This document shows, piece by piece, positions 29,984 to 35,086 of a stretch of DNA of 35,086 nucleotides. This stretch comes from Prasinococcaceae sp. CCMP 1430. Taxonomy: Eukaryota; Plantae; Prasinodermophyta. The translations under genes and the position numbers were made by a program. The notes beneath the pieces were generated by a model, which worked only from the letters and a program-made list of their open reading frames with translations, had not been told where the DNA came from and ran no database searches. Location: contig RQSC01000022.1 of assembly GCA_013416795.1 (NCBI GenBank), positions 222,720-257,805 of the forward strand, given 5' to 3'. Each line of letters begins with the position of its first letter. Within the stretch, counting starts at the first letter, position 1.

Positions 29984-32740
29984 CCTGCCGCCTGCGCGGC
30001 GCTCGCGGCGACGGCGGCCGAGACGCGCGCACAGCTGGCGGCGGCGGAGGCGTCGCTCGAGGGGGCCGTGCGCCGCACGCTGGGCGAGATGCACACGGGG
30101 CTCGCGCTGCTCGGCAGCGGCGTGCGCGGCGTCGGCGAGGAGGACGCGACGCTCGCCAGCCTGGGGGCCGCGGCCGCCGACTGCGCGGCCTTCCTCGGCG
30201 AGGGCCACGCGCTCTCCTCGGACGGCCCCACGCGGCTCGCCTCGCTCCTCGCACACGCGCGTGCCAACCTGCGCGCGTGCGTCGCCGCCGCTGAGGACGT
30301 GCTCAGCGTGCCCGAGCAGGCCGACGCCGTCGCCGCCTCCATTGCTGGCAAGGAGGACATGACGGAGGCCTACGAGCTCGTGGAGATGCTCAGCCGACGC
30401 GCGGAGGCGGTGCAGGTGGCGCTCGGCCTCGGCGGCGGCGGCGCCGAGCGATCAGACGACGAAGCCGACGAAGAAGTCCTCGCCGACTTCTTCGCGCGCG
30501 CCGACGCCGTTCGCACCGACTTCGAGGCCGAGCTCTTCGCGCGCGTGCGCGCCTTTCTGCACGGCAGCGTGCGCGACCCCGCGCGCCTGGTGAATGCGCT
30601 GCAGACGGTGGAGCTGCACGACGCCGTGCGCCGCGAGGAGTGCCGCGAGAGGGGAGCAAAGCAGGCCGGCTCGCGCGCGACCGCCTCCGCCGTCCCTGCA
30701 GCCTCAGTCGCTCCCTCCGAGGTCCTCGACGCCGTCGCCACCCCCGAGCCGCCGCGCGCGACGGGCGGGGCGGCGGGCGGGGCGGCCGCCGGACGGGCGG
30801 GCGTCACCTTCGCGCACGGCGCGACCATCGACGTCGGTGGGAGGGCGGACCGCTCGCCGTCTGAACGCACCCCGGACGGCGCGCGCCTCCGCGGCGAGGG
30901 CTCGGGCTCGCTGCGCGACGTGCCCATCGTAGACCTGAGCGCGCTGCTTGGCCGAGGGGACGCGGGCGGCGGAGCGGCCGAGGTGACGGAGGTGCGCGTC
31001 GAGCCGGCCCTGTCGGAACGCGTTGCCGCGGGCGACGCCAACGCGGGTGCGGTGGGTGGTGCGGGGGCGTCGGCGCAAGCGGCGTCGTGCGATGATGAGT
31101 CGTACCGCGCGCGCGCGCTTGAAGCCATGCGCGAGGGAGTTCACGAACACTGGATGAGCGTGTTCGAGGCGCTCGGTGAAGACGGCGGTCGCCTCAAGCT
31201 GCGCGAGGTGTTGGAGCTCGCGGATGAGCGCGTGGCGGAGCTGGTGGACGTCTACGATGTGGTGAGCCCTTGCTTTCCGCCGAGCTTCGACGCGTTCGAA
31301 GCGGTGGCTGACATGTACAACGGCGAGGTCACCGCGCTGCTGCGGGCGTGCTCGGAGCGCGCACGAGACGAGCTCGGCAACGGCGACCTCATCGACCTGC
31401 TCGAGTGGGTCCACTCGTACGGAGACTCGCTGGTGCCGCTGGGGCTGGACGGCGACGGCGTTCGCAGGCCCACGGACGCGAATGGCCTCGCCGGCGTCGT
31501 CAGCGAGTACGCGCGGCGGCTTCGCGCGGCGGTGGCGAACTGGTTCCGCAACATGGTGACCGCCGACTTCGCGGATGGTGGGCAGGCCGCCGTGCACGTG
31601 GACCCGTCCACGGGCCGATGCTCGACGCCCTTTCCCGTCGACGTCTTCCGCGTCGTCGACGAGCAGATGGCCCTGGCGCGGCGCGCGCGCTGCCCGGACA
31701 TCACGCACGCCGTCGCGCAGGCCCTCGTCGACGAGCTCGGCAAGCTCACGCTCCAGGCGCGGGCGTCGCTCGACCGCGCCGCGACGAGCCCCGTGAGCCC
31801 CGGCGGGGTCGACCCGTACGGCCGTGGCGTTGGAACCTCCGCCGACGCCGCATCGGCAGGCAGGCCGGCCCTCGCTCTCGAGTTTATGGCCGCACAGGCC
31901 AACAACGCGTTCAAATGCCACGACCTCACCGCGGACTGGCTGGAGTCGCTCGACAGCGAGCTGCCCCCGCCGTGGCGTGACGAGGTGGCGGCGCAGGGCG
32001 AGGGCGTCTGCCGCGGCTTCGCCGAGATGGGCGCCGCGGCCGCGCGACTGGTTGCGAGGGAGGTCTACACTGACCCCGGCCTAGACGTTGCCATCCGCAG
32101 CTTTTGCTCGGTGGGAGAGGCCTGGCTGTCGGGCGAGGTCGTCAGGACGGTGGTGGCCACGCTCGAGGACTACGCCGGCGACCTCAAGGCGCACCTCGAC
32201 AGCGCGCCCTTTCGGCGCCTGATGCCGCGCGTTTTCGAGTCCCTCGCCGCTCGCTACGTCATGGCGGTGGCGACGGCCTACCCGCAGGACCTGCACTCCG
32301 AGGGCGCGCGCGCGCTCGAGCGCGACGCGAACGAGCTCAAGAGCCTCTTCACGCTCTATCTAGACGAAAGGAGAGCGGAGGAGACCATCGCGCCCGTCGA
32401 GGTGCTACAAGCGCTCGCCGAGGCCGATGGCGCAGAGGACTTCATCATTGAGTACACCACGGCGGTGCGCGTGCATCCGGACTTCCTCCCGGCCTTCATC
32501 GAGAGGGTGCTGACTGCCAACCAGCGCATCAAGAAGAGGTTCAAGGCCGAGACGCTCGCCGAGTGCCGCCGCATCCACGACCAGCAGGGCGGTCTAAGCC
32601 CCACCGACGCGCAGGGAAACCCCGCGTCGGTGCTCGGCCGCGCGGCCGCGATGATGCAGCTGGGCCAGCCCGCCGCGCTGACGAACCTGACGGCCCTGGC
32701 TGCGGCCAAGCTCCTCCCCTCGAAGGGTCGCACGAGATAG
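29984..32740 (+). CDS. SEC6: Exocyst complex component SEC6/EXOC3; 5' end unresolved
   Basis: The N-terminal part aligns by eye to plant SEC6 (ARANL..CV..AEDVLSVPEQA, FEAELFARV....RDPARLVNALQTVELHD). Also VYDVVSPCFPPSFDAF, LLEWVHSY, TPFPVDVFRVVDEQ, ANNAFKC and TVVATLEDYAGDL. TGTAA at 32762. Confidence 0.88.
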   Translation, partial: PAACAALAATAAETRAQLAAAEASLEGAVRRTLGEMHTGLALLGSGVRGVGEEDATLASLGAAAADCAAFLGEGHALSSDGPTRLASLLAHARANLRACVAAAEDVLSVPEQADAVAASIAGKEDMTEAYELVEMLSRRAEAVQVALGLGGGGAERSDDEADEEVLADFFARADAVRTDFEAELFARVRAFLHGSVRDPARLVNALQTVELHDAVRREECRERGAKQAGSRATASAVPAASVAPSEVLDAVATPEPPRATGGAAGGAAAGRAGVTFAHGATIDVGGRADRSPSERTPDGARLRGEGSGSLRDVPIVDLSALLGRGDAGGGAAEVTEVRVEPALSERVAAGDANAGAVGGAGASAQAASCDDESYRARALEAMREGVHEHWMSVFEALGEDGGRLKLREVLELADERVAELVDVYDVVSPCFPPSFDAFEAVADMYNGEVTALLRACSERARDELGNGDLIDLLEWVHSYGDSLVPLGLDGDGVRRPTDANGLAGVVSEYARRLRAAVANWFRNMVTADFADGGQAAVHVDPSTGRCSTPFPVDVFRVVDEQMALARRARCPDITHAVAQALVDELGKLTLQARASLDRAATSPVSPGGVDPYGRGVGTSADAASAGRPALALEFMAAQANNAFKCHDLTADWLESLDSELPPPWRDEVAAQGEGVCRGFAEMGAAAARLVAREVYTDPGLDVAIRSFCSVGEAWLSGEVVRTVVATLEDYAGDLKAHLDSAPFRRLMPRVFESLAARYVMAVATAYPQDLHSEGARALERDANELKSLFTLYLDERRAEETIAPVEVLQALAEADGAEDFIIEYTTAVRVHPDFLPAFIERVLTANQRIKKRFKAETLAECRRIHDQQGGLSPTDAQGNPASVLGRAAAMMQLGQPAALTNLTALAAAKLLPSKGRTR

Positions 32741-32761
32741 GCAGAGGGCAAGCGAAAAAAA

Positions 32762-32766
32762 TGTAA
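32762..32766 (+). promoter_or_regulatory. TGTAA green-algal polyadenylation signal (also at 26232 after DnaJ and at 3121 overlapping the ORF1 stop)
   Basis: UGUAA is the established near-upstream poly(A) element of many green algae; it lies about 20 nt after two stop codons here. Confidence 0.55.
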
Positions 32767-32785
32767 TGCAGTTGTGTACATACAG

Positions 32786-33025
32786 TCAGTGCGCGCCCGC
32801 GGCCGCCTGGCCGGCCACTTCTAGCGAGGCCCTGCCGAACTCGACGGCGCGCGCGTCGTCCGCGAAGAGCAGCAGGGCGACCGTCGCCTTGTACACGATC
32901 AGGTCCGCGCCGCCCGGCGCGAGGCTGTCCCCCGTCACGGGTGCGCTCGCAAAATGCGTCGCCCCCCACAGCGCCGCGCGCCCCGCCCAGTCGCCCGGCG
33001 GCGGCGGCAGCGGCGCGCCCGCGGC
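32786..33025 (-). CDS. 3' end of an unidentified gene truncated at the N at 33026
   Basis: Frame reads ...GDWAGRAALWGATHFASAPVTGDSLAPGGADLIVYKATVALLLFADDARAVEFGRASLEVAGQAAAGAH* with nuclear-type GC3 bias. Confidence 0.5.
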   Translation of the reverse strand, partial: AAGAPLPPPPGDWAGRAALWGATHFASAPVTGDSLAPGGADLIVYKATVALLLFADDARAVEFGRASLEVAGQAAAGAH

Positions 33026-33026
33026 N

Positions 33027-33125
33027 TGGAGGGCTTTCTTTGTCTGTCATAGGCAAAGGGTTTTCTTTCTTTGTCATAAAGGAAGGGTTTCTCGCAAGGT
33101 TCAGTCTTTCTCTTGCACACACACG
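33027..33125 (+). other. Probable 3' segment of a group I intron at LSU position L2500
   Basis: Non-rRNA sequence ends in G (33125) immediately before CGATGTCG, which is E. coli 23S C2501-G2508. Confidence 0.55.
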
Positions 33126-33430
33126 CGATGTCGTCTCCCTGTGTCCTCGTGCTGCAGAAGGTGCGAAGGGTTCGGCTGTTCGCCGATTAATACAGGACGC
33201 GGATGGGTTTAGAACGTCGTAAGACAGTTTGGTTTCTACCTACCGTGAGGGTACACCCTGGACTCAGACTGAGTCCAGACGTATATGTGAGAAGCTTTCA
33301 CTCTAGTACGAGAGGACCGAGTGGAACGGACCTCTGGGGTGTCTGTTGTAGTCCCACTGCAAGGCAGAGAATCTACGTCCGGAAAGGAGAAGGGCTGAGT
33401 GCGTCTGAAGCCCGAAACCAGCTTTGACAC
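33126..33430 (+). rRNA. rnl: Mitochondrial LSU rRNA 3' exon (domains V-VI), within the mitochondrial insert
   Basis: CGATGTCG, GAAGGGTTCGGCTGTTCGCCGATTAA, TGGGTTTAGAACGTCGTAAGACAGTTTGG and the sarcin-ricin loop CTAGTACGAGAGGACCG. The 3' end is approximate. Confidence 0.92.
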
Positions 33431-33848
33431 GACATATCAGCGCTGGCGGAAGACCACCGCAGAATAGGCAAACCGTGTGTCTCGGGTACACCGAAAAGCG
33501 AGTTTGTACTAAGAAGGCTCTCTACGAGTTTTTAACCCTAAGCAAAAATGTATCTTTTCTTTTTCTTTCTTCCTTTCTCACTCTCTTTTCCCAGGAAAAA
33601 AAAAGTCTCTCTATCTTTCAAAAAAAGAAGAAAAAAAGAGATCTCTTGGGATGATCTTTCCATTCTTTTCATGATTTATGTCAACCTTTGTGAAACTTTC
33701 AGGAACACGGAACAAAACAACCCTTCTTCCTGCGTCTACCGCACCCCTTTCAATGGCCCCTTTGTGGGATGCACCCATCCAAGACACAGAAGCCTTTGGA
33801 AAAGGAGCCTTCGGACCGATGACTGAAAACCACCGACCGACTCCTTTC

Positions 33849-34694
33849 ATGCGTCGATCAGCCTTGATCACTCAACCAGTCTTGAGTGTGGTGAATGATC
33901 ACGTGAGTGATTACCCGACCCCTTCGAATTTGACCTATATGTGGGGATTCGGATCTCTTGCAGGAATCTGCCTTGGGATCCAAATTGCAAGTGGAATCTT
34001 CCTTGCAATGCATTATACTCCCCACGTGGACCTTGCCTTTTCGAGCGTTGAGCATATTATGCGAGATGTTGAAGGAGGGTGGTTCCTCCGGTATCTTCAC
34101 GCAAATGGAGCCGGAATGTTTTTCATCGTCGTCTATATTCATATTCTTCGAGGACTCTATTATGGGTCTTACACAAGTCCACGAGAACTCGTGTGGGTTC
34201 TTGGGGTTGTCCTCCTTCTTTTGATGATTTTGACAGCCTTTATTGGGTATGTCTTGCCTTGGGGGCAGATGTCTCTGTGGGGAGCAACGGTGATTACCAG
34301 CCTTGCATCCGTTATTCCAATTGTAGGAAATGACGTTGTTGTCTGGCTGTGGGGAGGGTTTTCCGTGGATAACGCAACCTTGAACCGATTCTTTAGCCTT
34401 CACTACCTTCTTCCCTTTGTGATTGCTGGACTTTCTATCCTTCACATTGCAGCCCTTCACCAGTATGGGTCAAACAACCCTGTGGGAGTTCCCTCACACA
34501 CAGACAAGCATCCTTTGTACCCTCTTTTCTATGTGAAAGACCTTGTGGCCTGGTTGGTCTTTGCAATTATTTTCTCTTGCTTTGTCCATTATGCACCCAA
34601 CTATTTGGGGCATGCGGATAACTACATTCCAGCAAACCCTTTGAGTACCCCTGCACACATTGTTCCAGAGTTCTACGTCCTTCCTTTTTACGCT
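33849..34694 (+). pseudogene. cob: Cytochrome b, first 282 codons intact then truncated (absent from the ORF track because no stop occurs before the window ends)
   Basis: [70 protein letters not shown] and [13 protein letters not shown]. Trp is encoded by TGG only. Confidence 0.95.
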
Positions 34695-34789
34695 CGCCCT
34701 CGCGCCGGGCCTCGCGCGCGCCGCCGGGCGCCCCGAGGACGGCTTCGGGCGGGCGGGCGGAGCCGCGTGTCAACGCGTGCCAACGCGTG

Positions 34790-34905
34790 CGCGTGGGTGC
34801 GTACGCGCGGGCGCACACACACACGTGGGCGAGTGTGCAAACACACGCGTAGACGCACACACACACACACACACACACACGCACGCATGAGCACACACAC
34901 ACACG

Positions 34906-34955
<50 letters not shown>

Positions 34956-35029
34956 AGCACACACGCACGTCCGCACAGCCACACACACACACACATACAC
35001 GCACGCACACATGAGCACACACGCACGTC

Positions 35030-35082
<53 letters not shown>

Positions 35083-35086
35083 GCAT
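34790..35086. repeat. Compound (CA)n/(CGCA)n microsatellite running to the window end
   Basis: Seen directly; resembles the intronic repeats elsewhere in the window. Confidence 0.9.

Larger units (their letters stand above)
33027..34694 (+). other. Mitochondrial DNA insert (NUMT) or chimeric join
   Basis: Abrupt fall in GC content; contains LSU rRNA and cob homology. The left edge is at an N, while the right edge runs directly into GC-rich and CA-repeat nuclear-type DNA. Confidence 0.88.

Noticed and set aside
33858-34460. 200-aa minus-strand ORF
   Set aside because: Antisense shadow of cob.

Overview
GC-rich nuclear DNA from a eukaryote, most likely a prasinophyte-grade green alga. Telo-boxes, TGTAA signals, plant-type HPAT and an OSB-type PDF motif support a green lineage, and the embedded mitochondrial DNA suggests a Prasinoderma-like organism (inference). 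It is a scaffold with N junctions at 8615, 20163-20166, 23328, 25612-26026 and 33026, so adjacency across these points is unverified. Genes, left to right: a large coiled-coil protein (+); a multi-exon hydroxyproline O-arabinosyltransferase-like gene with two ShKT domains (-); a multi-exon M14 zinc carboxypeptidase with a C-terminal TM helix (-); RFC1 (+); BMS1 (-); a C10orf88/PAAT-like gene (-); a STAR-type KH protein with a polyQ tail (-); an antisense sulfatase fragment (+); a DnaJ protein (+); an unknown protein (-); SEC6/EXOC3 (+); a truncated unknown gene (-); and a 1.67-kb mitochondrial insert holding the rnl 3' exon and 282 intact cob codons. The best leads are: (1) RFC1 carries an OSB-type PDF ssDNA-binding motif between its PIP-like N-terminus and the BRCT domain; (2) microsatellite-built introns with a uniform GTGCGC donor, two of which are homologous to each other (introner-like); (3) rnl homology starts exactly at the L2500 group I intron site, and cob has PEFY in place of PEWY; (4) a sulfatase fragment that may be nested in a KH-gene intron; (5) a MITE-like element abutting a three-unit tandem array with variable inserts. 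All calls come from reading the sequence; no database searches were run.
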